This document shows, piece after piece, positions 38,153 through 48,572 of a DNA stretch of 64,000 bases. Source of the stretch: an uncultured archaeon (GTDB lineage Archaea; Asgardarchaeota; Lokiarchaeia; Sigyniarchaeales; SOKP01). The notes under the pieces are model-generated. The model was not told the origin of the DNA and did not search any database. It saw nothing but the letters and a program-made list of their open reading frames with translations. The first letter of the stretch is position 1. Every line of letters starts with the position of its first letter. Where the stretch lies: the NCBI GenBank assembly GCA_964493715.1, contig CAZBPC010000004.1, forward strand, positions 32,001-96,000. The letters are read 5' to 3'. The translations under genes were made by a program, and so were the position numbers.

Positions 38153-39055
38153 TTGAGTTCAATTATAACAATCAAGTACATATTATTGAGATATTTTATG
38201 ACAAAAATTCGAGAAGTAAGGGTAACTCTAAAAAGTAGGTCAACGATGGAAGGGGCGGGAGTTCGGTTGAAACGAGCTTTTGGATATGCTGATCCTTCAT
38301 TAGATCCTTTTTTGCTCTTAGACGATTTCCATTCTAATGATCCTAACGATTATATAGCAGGATTTCCATGGCATCCTCATCGAGGAATAGAAACGATCAC
38401 TTATATGCTCCATGGAAAAATAGAACATGGGGATAGCATGGATAACAGTGGAGTAATTGGCGCTGGTGACGTTCAGTGGATGACCGCGGGGAGCGGTATA
38501 ATACATCAAGAGATGCCGAAGAATAATGTTAATGATCCTGTCTTAGCGGGCTTTCAATTATGGGCAAATTTACCTGCGTCTCATAAAATGATGAACCCAC
38601 GTTATCGAGATATTACAAAAGAACAGATTCCTGAAGTTATCGTGACTGATGGTGTAAGAGTAAAAATAATTTGCGGGGAAATTAAAGGCGTGAAGGGACC
38701 TGTACAAGATATAATAACCGATCCAGAATATTTAGATGTCTCCATCGACCCGAATTCAGAATTTTCACATCCAATTGATAATGTTCATAATATTTTTGCA
38801 TATGTTATTGAGGGAGCGGCTTTTTTTGATCCCAAGAAAGATAATTTTGTTAGTGCCGAAAATTTAGTTATTTTTCGAGAAGGAGACGAAGTAGTCGTGA
38901 AGACTAAAGAGAAGCCTGTTAGATTCCTTTTAATATCAGGTAAACCGATCGGAGAACCAGTCGCATGGCAAGGTCCAATTGTAATGAATACTGAAGAGGA
39001 ATTAAGATTAGCATTTAAAGAATATTCTCAAGGCACGTTTATTAAACATAGCTAG
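38153..39055 (+). CDS. Pirin family protein
   Basis: DPFLLLDDF, GFPWHPHRGIETIT, QWMTAGSGIIHQE, GPIVMNT; true start probably the ATG at 38198. Confidence 0.92.
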   Translation: MSSIITIKYILLRYFMTKIREVRVTLKSRSTMEGAGVRLKRAFGYADPSLDPFLLLDDFHSNDPNDYIAGFPWHPHRGIETITYMLHGKIEHGDSMDNSGVIGAGDVQWMTAGSGIIHQEMPKNNVNDPVLAGFQLWANLPASHKMMNPRYRDITKEQIPEVIVTDGVRVKIICGEIKGVKGPVQDIITDPEYLDVSIDPNSEFSHPIDNVHNIFAYVIEGAAFFDPKKDNFVSAENLVIFREGDEVVVKTKEKPVRFLLISGKPIGEPVAWQGPIVMNTEEELRLAFKEYSQGTFIKHS

Positions 39056-40431
39056 TGCTCTTTTGTTAATGAATTTGTCAAATCACTCAGCTTTTCTGAA
39101 ATCTTTAATTTAAAAATATGATTTTCTTCTAAAGTCTTGTATCTATTTGGTAAGTTTTTAATTTTATCCAAATAATACTCTTTTATTTCCATGATTTGGG
39201 GTAGTTTGCAAATTAGATTTCCTTTTTCCATAATAGGAATTAATAGAGCTTCTGAATTCGCAGGTACTACATCAATGTCTAATGTTAAAATATCTTCTCT
39301 TAAAAAGCCTTGCTTGTCATATATCCTGTAAATTTGCTTTTTTCCTGGATAGGTTAATTTTTCTTCACTAATTTTAATCTTAGGTTTTCCGTTATATTCT
39401 ATTAGTTTATATACTCCAGAAAGAGTGGGATCGTCTCGAGACGTTGCTAATTCCGTTCCTATGCCAAACGCATCAATGGGAGCGTTAGCATCAATAATTC
39501 TTTTAATTTTATATTCATTCAGATCAGAACTAGCAACGATTATAACTTCGTTGCAACCATTATCATCTAAAATTTTTCGTACTTTTATTGAATGATTGAT
39601 GAGATCTCCAGAATCTATTCGAACACCCTTGACATTATTTCCATACTTGCTAACTATTTTAGCTGCCTTCTCTGTATCGTAAGTATCTATCAACAAAATT
39701 GAATCTTTTCCATAAATCTTGTAATAAACGTCAAAAGCTTCCTCTTCGGTTTCAAATTTCTGGATAAAACTATGAGCCATTGTTCCACTTGAGCTAATGC
39801 CCAGTTCTAAATCTGCGATGACATTGCTTGTCCCATTAAATCCGGCTACATAACTCCCTCGTGCAGCATAAATGCCTGCTAGAGGGCTGTGTGATCTACG
39901 AGTCCCAAATTCGAGCAATATTTTATCAGGAGCAATATTCCTAATTCTTGATGCTTTTGATGCAACTATAGTCTGATAATTAATTACATTTAAAAGGTAC
40001 GTTTCTGCTAGCTGAGCATGAAACATTGGACCTTGAATTCTCATAATGGGTTCATTAGGAAAGAAAAATGTGCCCTCTTTCATCGACCATACATCTAAAT
40101 TGAATTTAAAATTAGGTAAATATTCTTCAAAGAAACTGGGATCTATCTTTTTGAAAACATCTTTCGAATTTAAAAAATTAATCGTGTCGTCTGAAAATCG
40201 AGCATTTAATAAATAGTGAATAACTTGCTCTAATCCAGCAAATATCAAATAATTTCGATGTTTGGGATATTTTCTGACAAACAATTCAAAAACTGCGATA
40301 TCTTCATTTTCATCTCGATTATTCTCTAAATTATATTGATAATAAGCTGCACCCATGGTAAGTTGGTATAAATCTGTAGCAAGAATCATGTTTGCGTCAT
40401 TTAATAATTCTGAATTTGATTTACTTCTCAT
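39052..40431 (-). CDS. pncB: Nicotinate phosphoribosyltransferase
   Basis: TDLYQLTM, EFGTRR, GTMAHS, LIDTYD, GVRIDSGD, SGVYKL. Confidence 0.92.
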   Translation of the reverse strand: MRSKSNSELLNDANMILATDLYQLTMGAAYYQYNLENNRDENEDIAVFELFVRKYPKHRNYLIFAGLEQVIHYLLNARFSDDTINFLNSKDVFKKIDPSFFEEYLPNFKFNLDVWSMKEGTFFFPNEPIMRIQGPMFHAQLAETYLLNVINYQTIVASKASRIRNIAPDKILLEFGTRRSHSPLAGIYAARGSYVAGFNGTSNVIADLELGISSSGTMAHSFIQKFETEEEAFDVYYKIYGKDSILLIDTYDTEKAAKIVSKYGNNVKGVRIDSGDLINHSIKVRKILDDNGCNEVIIVASSDLNEYKIKRIIDANAPIDAFGIGTELATSRDDPTLSGVYKLIEYNGKPKIKISEEKLTYPGKKQIYRIYDKQGFLREDILTLDIDVVPANSEALLIPIMEKGNLICKLPQIMEIKEYYLDKIKNLPNRYKTLEENHIFKLKISEKLSDLTNSLTKEH

Positions 40432-40504
40432 TTTATCGAGTAAACTAGTTAATGTAATTATTAATTAAGATCGATTAATATAATATTAATTCTTACTTAA
40501 TTAG

Positions 40505-41449
40505 CTAAATCAATGCAATTTTCCTTATATTTTTCACAATATTCAACCGAAAGAAATTGTCCCTTGTAAATTTTCCATTAACCGTAATCTTTTCTCCAAT
40601 TTTTAAGTCATTTTCCTCATGCAATTTCTTACTTATTCGAATTGCAAGTCCATCCGCTTCTATAATATCTTCTTCTTTAAAATCAGACTTTTTTTGCACT
40701 CTTGGACCGATTTTGACATTGGTTAAATAGATCAAATAATAAATAGTTATATTTTCTTGAAAAACCTGTTCCTTTTGTTCTATTTTATCAATTTCACCCT
40801 CATAAATGGTAATGCTTTTTCCTTCAAGATTTGAAAATGTGGAACTATCAGAGGATTCATCAATTAATTTTATTGGAGTATTATTATCTGGGGTTGAGAT
40901 CTTTATATCCTTAATGATCTTATCGAAGTTATCTGGTAATCTCGTCAAATTCCAATCAGACAACTTGAAATAATCTTGCTTTAATGAAAAAATAAAGCCA
41001 ACCCAAAAGTGACCACAAAAACCCATCTCAGCACCTATGCGGCAATCGCAATCGCGTTCAGGATTTCCGATATTCTCTTTTGTAATTGAGAGAAATGACT
41101 TTGTTTCCCAATTCATCCCTTTAAATACAAATTCAACTTCATGGTTATTAGGATTAACTATTTTAATATCCCTAATACTCTCTCTATCAGTTCCCTTTAC
41201 CTTTCCTATTGCGGATTGAATTCCATCTGAAATAATATCTAATTCTTTTTCTTTTATGAAAGAGCTAATTTCTTCCTCTGAGAGGGAGTCTAATAGATAA
41301 TTTATTAATTCTTTCTTTTTAAATTTAGAATAGCCTTTTATTCCGAATTCTTTACAAGTATTTTTCAAATTCTCAATATTGAAAGATTGTAATAGATAGG
41401 AGAGATAAGTCCTGTCATCGATTTTTCTGATCTTGCTCAACCCCATCAA
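40505..41449 (-). CDS. Putative nucleic-acid-binding protein: HeH/Rho-N-like + SWIM Zn finger + OB-like C-terminus
   Basis: LKNTCKEFGIKGYSKFKKKELI (HeH-like); CDC-x8-CGH (SWIM); beta-rich C-terminus ending LKIGEKITVNG. Confidence 0.6.
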   Translation of the reverse strand: MMGLSKIRKIDDRTYLSYLLQSFNIENLKNTCKEFGIKGYSKFKKKELINYLLDSLSEEEISSFIKEKELDIISDGIQSAIGKVKGTDRESIRDIKIVNPNNHEVEFVFKGMNWETKSFLSITKENIGNPERDCDCRIGAEMGFCGHFWVGFIFSLKQDYFKLSDWNLTRLPDNFDKIIKDIKISTPDNNTPIKLIDESSDSSTFSNLEGKSITIYEGEIDKIEQKEQVFQENITIYYLIYLTNVKIGPRVQKKSDFKEEDIIEADGLAIRISKKLHEENDLKIGEKITVNGKFTRDNFFRLNIVKNIRKIALI

Positions 41450-41661
41450 TTATTTTTTCAATTGGAACATTCTAATTATATCATATTCAGTTTTATTTAT
41501 TATTATTGTAACAAAAAGAAGGATTTGATAAGTATTAAAATTGTAAATACGAATGATCAAATCCGATAATATTTTAAGCAACAATTGCCTAAATGGGAAA
41601 AAAATCCCTTTTAATTTAATAGGAATAACATAGTTTTTGCATTGTTAATCGTATGAATAAG

Positions 41662-41704
41662 TTTAAATAATCGTTAATTGATTTGTTTATTTAATTAAAC
41701 AAAT
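41662..41704 (+). promoter_or_regulatory. TATA box followed by a 9-bp inverted repeat (candidate operator)
   Basis: TTTAAATA at 41662-41669; ATTTGTTTA-N6-TAAACAAAT at 41681-41704, upstream of a small ORF. Confidence 0.35.
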
Positions 41705-41746
41705 ATTTAACTAAAAATTGTATTAATAAAATAGGTGAAAAATGAA

Positions 41747-41959
41747 ATGAGTGATTCACTACCAGAGTATTTGAAGTATTTTGGAGAGATAAAATTCGCT
41801 GAAGAAAAAAGCATGAGCATTAGTGATTATGAGAGATCTTTAAATAGACATTTCCAAAGCAAAGCTGCAAAAGTTCCTCGCGGTCGCTATAAATTCGCTG
41901 AAATCAACAATCCCTTCGCGGATGATTTTGAAGAATCCTTCAATAACTATTTTGAATAA
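41747..41959 (+). CDS. Small hypothetical protein (70 aa)
   Basis: AGGTGA SD upstream; internal repeat IKFAEE / YKFAEI. Confidence 0.6.
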   Translation: MSDSLPEYLKYFGEIKFAEEKSMSISDYERSLNRHFQSKAAKVPRGRYKFAEINNPFADDFEESFNNYFE

Positions 41960-42177
41960 TTAAAACATTTTTTAAATGATATATACATATTTTAAAATCT
42001 TTTTAATCTAACTTTATTCTTATCAATTCTTATCCATTTTAAATAACTCCTATCAATATATTAGGTAGGTTGGGTTATAACAATTCACCATTATCCTTTT
42101 TTGAGTCCCAATTATTATAAAAATTATAATCCATGAGAAATAATTTTTTAACTAACTCGTGATATTAGATCTATATC

Positions 42178-43026
42178 ATGAACATCCTTAATGAAATTAA
42201 ATCTGAATATATCCAACTTGATGAGTTAAAGTTACATGTTGCTACAATAGGGAATGGTCCTCCTCTAATTTTATTACACGGATTTCCCGATTTCTGGTAT
42301 GGATGGAAAAATATCATTCAAAGACTGAAAAACGATTTTCATTTAATTATTCCTGATATGAGAGGTTACAACTTGTCAGATAAGCCAGTGGGCGTAGAAA
42401 ATTACAAGATGGAGTTTTTAATAAAGGATATTCATGATTTAGCTGACATATTAGATATGGACACATTTTTCTTAGCAGGGCACGATTGGGGAGGAGTTAT
42501 TGCTTGGTGTTTCGCCGAAAAATATCCTGAAAGAGTGAAAAAATTGATGATTCTCAATGCACCTCATCCTAAAATCTTTCAAGAACGATTAAGGAATGAT
42601 AAAGCTCAACAAAGAGCAAGTTTCTATATATTCGAGTTTCTCAAACCACAAGGTGAGAATTTCGCAATTGATAACGATTACAAATGGCTTAAATGGGCTG
42701 TCTTTAAAGGGATAATAAATCAAGATGAATTTACAGAATTTGATAAAAATGAGTACTTGAAAGCATGGACTCAACCTGGCGCAATTGTTGGAGGAGTTAA
42801 TTATTATAGAGCAAATACAACATTTAACAACTGGACGGGATATATCAAAGTACCCACTATAGTTATTCATGGCATGAAAGACGTAGCCTTACTACCTTCT
42901 ATTTTGGACGATTTATCTAACTATGTTCAGGATTTGAAAATTATTCATGCTGAAAATGCGTCCCATTGGATTATGCACGATGATCCTAATTTGGTCGCTT
43001 CAACGATTAGAGATTTTTTCATTTAA
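42178..43026 (+). CDS. Alpha/beta hydrolase, epoxide hydrolase-like
   Basis: HGFPD, PDMRGYNLS, GHDWGG nucleophile motif, SHW catalytic His. Confidence 0.9.
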   Translation: MNILNEIKSEYIQLDELKLHVATIGNGPPLILLHGFPDFWYGWKNIIQRLKNDFHLIIPDMRGYNLSDKPVGVENYKMEFLIKDIHDLADILDMDTFFLAGHDWGGVIAWCFAEKYPERVKKLMILNAPHPKIFQERLRNDKAQQRASFYIFEFLKPQGENFAIDNDYKWLKWAVFKGIINQDEFTEFDKNEYLKAWTQPGAIVGGVNYYRANTTFNNWTGYIKVPTIVIHGMKDVALLPSILDDLSNYVQDLKIIHAENASHWIMHDDPNLVASTIRDFFI

Positions 43027-43095
43027 AAATATATAGGATAAAATTTAACAGTTGTTTATAATTATAATTATTGAAAAATTAACTTATATTTTACA

Positions 43096-43572
43096 ATGTC
43101 CGAATCAGATATTTGGTCTTTCCAACTTGACTGGTTAAACATAATTAAGCTTTTAGGTTTTCATTCTATTGAACAAATTCCAGAATCAAAAAAACTAAAA
43201 GCGCTTAAAAAGATTACTAAACTCCATGGAACGGAATTGCTTTTAACTTTAAAACCGAGTGAATTAGACGAGTTGGTTGTTGACGAACTAAAGACTCTGT
43301 TGAAAAGAGAATTAATGGATGATGCTAAACAAAAAGAAAAAATAGTAAGAGAAATTCGACACAAAGTACTTCCTTTAAAAAGGGGAAAAATTATTGGCAT
43401 AAACATGAATGATTTACGCGATCTAGATCCTAATGCCGATATGGAAGAAATCATGAAATATTTCTCTAAAAAGTTCCTCAGTGATGAAGGAGATGACGAA
43501 AATGATGATGGTGATGATGTTGATGATGAACGCGAAGATATTGATGATGATAAAACGGGATTTTATATCTAA
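43096..43572 (+). CDS. Hypothetical protein with an acidic C-terminal tail
   Basis: D/E-rich tail ending DDKTGFYI. Confidence 0.7.
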   Translation: MSESDIWSFQLDWLNIIKLLGFHSIEQIPESKKLKALKKITKLHGTELLLTLKPSELDELVVDELKTLLKRELMDDAKQKEKIVREIRHKVLPLKRGKIIGINMNDLRDLDPNADMEEIMKYFSKKFLSDEGDDENDDGDDVDDEREDIDDDKTGFYI

Positions 43573-43594
43573 GAATTTATTAAGGAAAAAAAAA

Positions 43595-45205
43595 TTAAGC
43601 AAATTTCTTTCTAATTAAGGTCAAGTTTTTCTTTTTCAGTTTCCAATAAATTACAGAAAATAATAGGTAAGCCCCAGAAGACCAAGAAATCCAAGAAATG
43701 GCTTGAAATGCATTAAGATTACGCATGTAATTGATAAATTCAGCAAATATATAAAAACCTAAGTCATTTAAATCATTATCAAGCTTAATAATACTGGGAA
43801 AATATTCAATAGCTACAACTTCATGAGTGTTATTTCTCAGAGTTTGAAAAAGGTTGTCAATAGATTTATTGGTTGGATCCACCAATCTCAATTTTATAAA
43901 AGTGTTCAGGTCCTCATTAATATGAATGTCTGATCCGCCCATACAAGTGAGATTATTATCCAAACAGAATTGACGAATGGAGATATACTTTCCTTGATAA
44001 CTCCCCGAATTAACAATTTCAAAACCGTCAACTCCCCAATCTCGCAATTGTTCTAAAGAATAAGGAACCCCATTTCCTCCATTGGGATTTGGATCATAGT
44101 TATAATGATTAACAGTAATGTATCCGCCATGTGATTTCACATAATTAATGAGATCTGAAGCATTCATTGCAACGGGACCTCCCGGAGTATAAGATTCTAA
44201 TGGAACAATCTCCTTATCAATTCCATAATAATTCATGTGAATGTCATTTTCGTGGTCAGTCCACTCTTCTGCTGTTAGGACCAAAAAATCTAAGTTATAT
44301 TCATTCACAAAGTTCCGAGCTACATGACCTCCCCGAAGATTATCATGATCTGAAAACGCAGCTATTGATATCCCTTGATCTATATACCATAGTACTCGTT
44401 CTTCTGGAGTAAGCCAACCATCCGAAAACACAGTATGGACATGTAAATCAATTAAAAATTCATCTTCTGAAAGTGGCGTTGTAGGTACAATTTTTTGAGG
44501 AGAAAAGGGAGTAGATATCAAAACAATATTTAGACCAAGTAAAATGACGCCAATTCCAACAAAATACACGAATTCTCTCTTAAATGCATTAAATCCTTTC
44601 GATCTCTTAACAGATTGTTTTTTACCATTTGATTTCGCATATGATAACTTCAATTTAGGATGAATTAATTTGATCATTGTATAACATGTCTTAATCACGA
44701 TGAGTATCATGCTGGAATGCACCGCAATTTGAATTGGAATCATGAAATATCGACTTACGAATAAGAAACCTTGGATGGAGAAACCAACCAATATTATCAC
44801 TAAAACAATCAGCACGGCTGATAATAACACCTTAAAAGAAAATTCGATAATATCCCTCAAAATTTGTAATGATAAAGCCAGTTTTTTTGATTTAAATTTA
44901 CCCTTCTTTCTTGCAATTATAAAGATAATTCTGATAATCGGATAAATCATAAAAAATACAAATATCCACGTGAATTCCATTCCTAATATAGAAGCTATAA
45001 TGGTAAATGGTTCGAAGATATATCTAAACACGGGTAGAACGCTGCTATAGTTAACAGAGACATCAACTCGTCCGAGCGCATCATAGAATGTAACTTTTCT
45101 AACTTTGGTAAATAAAAATATCATTAAAATGCTGAGCCAGGCTAAAAATCCGATAGTAATGGAGGTAAACCATTTATTTTTCATAATCAATGATTTTATA
45201 CTCAT
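43595..45205 (-). CDS. Membrane-anchored PHP-domain phosphoesterase
   Basis: DLHVHTVFSDG, SDHD, EEWT, VNH and GGSDIH motifs; N-terminal and C-terminal TM helices. Confidence 0.8.
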   Translation of the reverse strand: MSIKSLIMKNKWFTSITIGFLAWLSILMIFLFTKVRKVTFYDALGRVDVSVNYSSVLPVFRYIFEPFTIIASILGMEFTWIFVFFMIYPIIRIIFIIARKKGKFKSKKLALSLQILRDIIEFSFKVLLSAVLIVLVIILVGFSIQGFLFVSRYFMIPIQIAVHSSMILIVIKTCYTMIKLIHPKLKLSYAKSNGKKQSVKRSKGFNAFKREFVYFVGIGVILLGLNIVLISTPFSPQKIVPTTPLSEDEFLIDLHVHTVFSDGWLTPEERVLWYIDQGISIAAFSDHDNLRGGHVARNFVNEYNLDFLVLTAEEWTDHENDIHMNYYGIDKEIVPLESYTPGGPVAMNASDLINYVKSHGGYITVNHYNYDPNPNGGNGVPYSLEQLRDWGVDGFEIVNSGSYQGKYISIRQFCLDNNLTCMGGSDIHINEDLNTFIKLRLVDPTNKSIDNLFQTLRNNTHEVVAIEYFPSIIKLDNDLNDLGFYIFAEFINYMRNLNAFQAISWISWSSGAYLLFSVIYWKLKKKNLTLIRKKFA

Positions 45206-45261
45206 AATACTAAATCACTCTAACTTCTTAATAAATATTAAAACTATCAAAAATCAATGGT

Positions 45262-46524
45262 TCATGTAAAAAACAATTTTTCTCGCATGCAATTTTTTAT
45301 TTCCTTGAAGAGTTGTTTTTCAGTTTTAGGATCAAACTCTAATTTTGCTTGACCTAAGAAATTTTTCAATTCTTCTTTGTCAAAACGTGAAATATTGTTT
45401 TGTTTTACCCAAGTTAATGCCTTCTGAATTAATTCTCCATCTTGACCACCGATAAATGATGGTAAATAAAAGTTAGCCGAAATTTCTGAAGCAAACCCTG
45501 CTCTTACATAAAGTCCTTTTGGATCCAAGTGCTTGTATAAATGAGGAACATCTTCTGGTAAAGAATCTATTACTACATTCTTTCCAGCTTGTTGTATCTT
45601 TCTATAGATTGGCATCCAGTCGTCTGATCCTTGTGGAGGGCGCCCTGCTCCTGGTACCCATTGAATACCGCTTAAATGATCAATCGCCAATAAATCATCT
45701 AAGAAGGGTATTTGGTAAGGACCATCCATGTGGTGTATGGCATAATCCATGTGTTCGATTTGTGTTACTAGATCCGGTAACACGAATCGCTTAAACCATT
45801 TAGGATTAAGCATTGCTATAAAATCACATTGTGTAGGATACCAACTCTTTGGACACCATACATTTAACCATGCATTAAAACCATTACAATTCTTTTTGAT
45901 TATAGCATATAAATCATCATAAATTTTAAGTAATTTTTCCAATATGATTTGCCTGCAGTTATCTATTATTTGAGGTTGACGTTTCATTGTTAGAATCAAA
46001 TCTGTAGGCCCAAGGAAAGATGATAAAATGTCTAGAACCCCTCCAACATCCGTGATTGAAAATTGATAGCCCATCTGTGCTGCTCGTTCAGATCCTTGAG
46101 TTGTTATTCTCAATAATCGGGCATACCATTCATTGTTCATGTTTAATTCCGTATTTTCAAGTAATTGAATTATATCCTCCGGTTTCGTTGGGCGACTAAA
46201 CCACATTGTCTCTGATTTGAATTGGGGGATAACTCCAAAAACAGCAGCTACAATTCCTGGTCCATAATTAGGAAAAAGAGAGGGTATGGATTCACCTCCA
46301 TAATAAGTTTTTATTGCGCGTTTTTCGAATCCATTAACAAACAGCTCTAAATCATCAAAATTTTGAGCCAAACTCCAATCCTGCCCTAACGCATCCAAAT
46401 ACCCTCCAATCGATCCACTTCTCTTTGGAAAATAATATGAGATCACTGGACGATCTATTAGTTCATGATTCCACCACGCTGCCATCCGTTCTTTTGCTTC
46501 CTTAATATCTTCTTTTAAATCCAT
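45262..46524 (-). CDS. UroD/MetE-like superfamily protein (methylcobamide methyltransferase-related)
   Basis: IDRP, NYGPG, QCDF..M..P..F..FVLP, HHMDG, IQWVPGAG. Confidence 0.7.
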   Translation of the reverse strand: MDLKEDIKEAKERMAAWWNHELIDRPVISYYFPKRSGSIGGYLDALGQDWSLAQNFDDLELFVNGFEKRAIKTYYGGESIPSLFPNYGPGIVAAVFGVIPQFKSETMWFSRPTKPEDIIQLLENTELNMNNEWYARLLRITTQGSERAAQMGYQFSITDVGGVLDILSSFLGPTDLILTMKRQPQIIDNCRQIILEKLLKIYDDLYAIIKKNCNGFNAWLNVWCPKSWYPTQCDFIAMLNPKWFKRFVLPDLVTQIEHMDYAIHHMDGPYQIPFLDDLLAIDHLSGIQWVPGAGRPPQGSDDWMPIYRKIQQAGKNVVIDSLPEDVPHLYKHLDPKGLYVRAGFASEISANFYLPSFIGGQDGELIQKALTWVKQNNISRFDKEELKNFLGQAKLEFDPKTEKQLFKEIKNCMREKLFFT

Positions 46525-46582
46525 GATAAATATCCCTAATTTAATAAAAGAAATCTAGCTTTTATTGCATGACAAAATTATT

Positions 46583-46605
46583 AATCTTTTTTGAATTATT
46601 CGAAT
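46583..46605 (+). repeat. 23-bp direct repeat, copy 1 (AATCTTTTTTGAATTATTCGAAT)
   Basis: Identical to 48520-48542; the two copies bracket the PAS kinase locus. Confidence 0.85.
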
Positions 46606-47003
46606 TGGCTTATTGAAGTAATTAATTAATACGAATGAAGTAAATTAAAAATTCATTGTTTAGATTTGATGTAATTCACAAAGTGTTCCAAATAGTCCAT
46701 AATTTACACGTGAAATTTCTCCTTGCAGATAATAACTAAAAAATCATTTACTTGTGGGAATTATTAATACTGATCTGACTATAGCTAATAGCAATTTCTG
46801 AAATATACGAAATACAGTCCAATAATCGATGTAAATTAACATCTATATTGTGATGATTAGAAATTAATTTAAGACAAAAATGTATATAAATAGAACAATT
46901 ACTATGATAACTTAAGCTTAATTTTCTAACCGCCATTACTAATAAATCCTTTAAAGCTTCAAAATAAAAATAAAGAATATTTTTGAAAAAATAGGATCGT
47001 CTT

Positions 47004-48494
47004 ATGAATTTAACAGAAATTTTTCTAAAATCACCAGAAAAATTAGAATCATTTTTGAATAATATCTCAATTCCTATTCACACTTGGCAAATTCGTCGAA
47101 AAAAGATGTTTTTAATCGATTATAATAGTGCAGCGTACGAAGAAACGAATGGAGAAATTAAAAATTACTTGGGTTCTAGAGCAGCAGAATATTATAGAGA
47201 AAATATTGATTTATTAAATGTTTTAAAAGAATGTATGTACAAATCTACATCAATTTCAAAAGAAATTAAATATTTTTGCAGTAGTTCGAATGAGCTTAAG
47301 CAAATATCAATTAAAACTGATTTTATTCCACCAGATTTAGTTTTAGTTCAAATGATAAATAAAATAAAGCAAGAAGTCTTAGAAAAGAAATTAAAAGAAT
47401 CTGAGGAGAAATATAACCTAATAACGGAAAATGCATACGACTTAATTGGTGTTATAAATCGAAAATTTAAATTTGAATACCTAAATAAAAACTCACAATT
47501 CAAAATTTTAGGATATACAACAAGAGAAGTCATAGGAAAAAACGTTTTAAAATTTATTCACCCCGAAGATGTGGAATTAGCTGTTAAAAAATATTCTGAA
47601 GGATTTAATGCTGGAGAATCTATCAGCTAAATGAGAGCTAGACACAAGCAAGGTCATTATGTCTGGTTGGGACTAAATGGTAAATTATATACAGATCATA
47701 ATGAGGAACAAAAAGTGGTACTAATATTAAGAGATATTACTCATCATAAGCTTTTAGAACAAAAGTTAGAGGAATCAGAAGAAAAATATCGGGTTGCGTA
47801 TGATCAAGCTGAATTTTTTAAAAATTTATGTGCTCATGATATCTCGAACATTCTTCTTGTTATTAATGGATCCTACCAATTTTGTTCTCTTTTATTAGAT
47901 GATCCAGAGAAAATTGAAGAAGTGAAAGTCAATCTTGAAAAAATAAAAGACCAAATTAAAAGGGCAAATCTCTTAATTAAAAACATTCAAACACTGTCGA
48001 AGTTAGATAGCAATAGACCTCTACTTAAACTTGTTGATGTTTGCGCGTCATTAACGGATAGTATTAAATACATTAACGAAAGCTATAAAGAAAAAAATGT
48101 TGATATAAATGTGAATTCCAGCAATGAGCAATTTATTGTGTCTGCAAACGATCTAATATTTGAGGCGTTCGAAAATATATTGATTAACGCAATAAATTAC
48201 AACAATAAACCTATTATAAAAATCTCAATTAAAATTTCTAAAATTGAAAAAAATAATAATAACTATGTAAAAATAGAATTCGGTGATAATGGAATAGGAA
48301 TAAATGATTCTAGAAAGGAATTTATCTTTCAAGAAGGGCACAAAAGAGAAAAATATACTAAAGGAATGGGCTTTGGTTTGACGCTCGTCAAGAGGATTAT
48401 TGATAGTTATAATGGACAAATTTGGGTTGAAGACAGGGTTCCAAATGATTATACACAAGGATGTAATTTTGTAATATTAATTCCTACGAGATAA
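47004..48494 (+). pseudogene. PAS-domain sensor histidine kinase interrupted by one in-frame TAA (47628-47630)
   Basis: The two ORFs are in the same frame and abut: ...IHPED...ESIS*MRARHKQGHYVW... cuts a PAS/PAC domain. Downstream HDISN (H box), ENILINAINYN, DNGIGI, GMGFGL. Confidence 0.78.
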
Positions 48495-48519
48495 TATTCC
48501 GGGGTTTCATAAAGTTATA

Positions 48520-48542
48520 AATCTTTTTTGAATTATTCGAAT
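48520..48542 (+). repeat. 23-bp direct repeat, copy 2
   Basis: Identical to 46583-46605. Confidence 0.85.
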
Positions 48543-48572
48543 AATGATTAAAAAATTTCACAATGTGAGAAT

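Noticed and set aside
43481-43555. GATGAT-rich low-complexity tract
   Set aside because: Encodes the acidic tail of the 43096-43572 protein.
46748-46936. 62-aa minus-strand ORF upstream of the PAS kinase
   Set aside because: No motif or SD, AT-rich intergenic composition; probably spurious.
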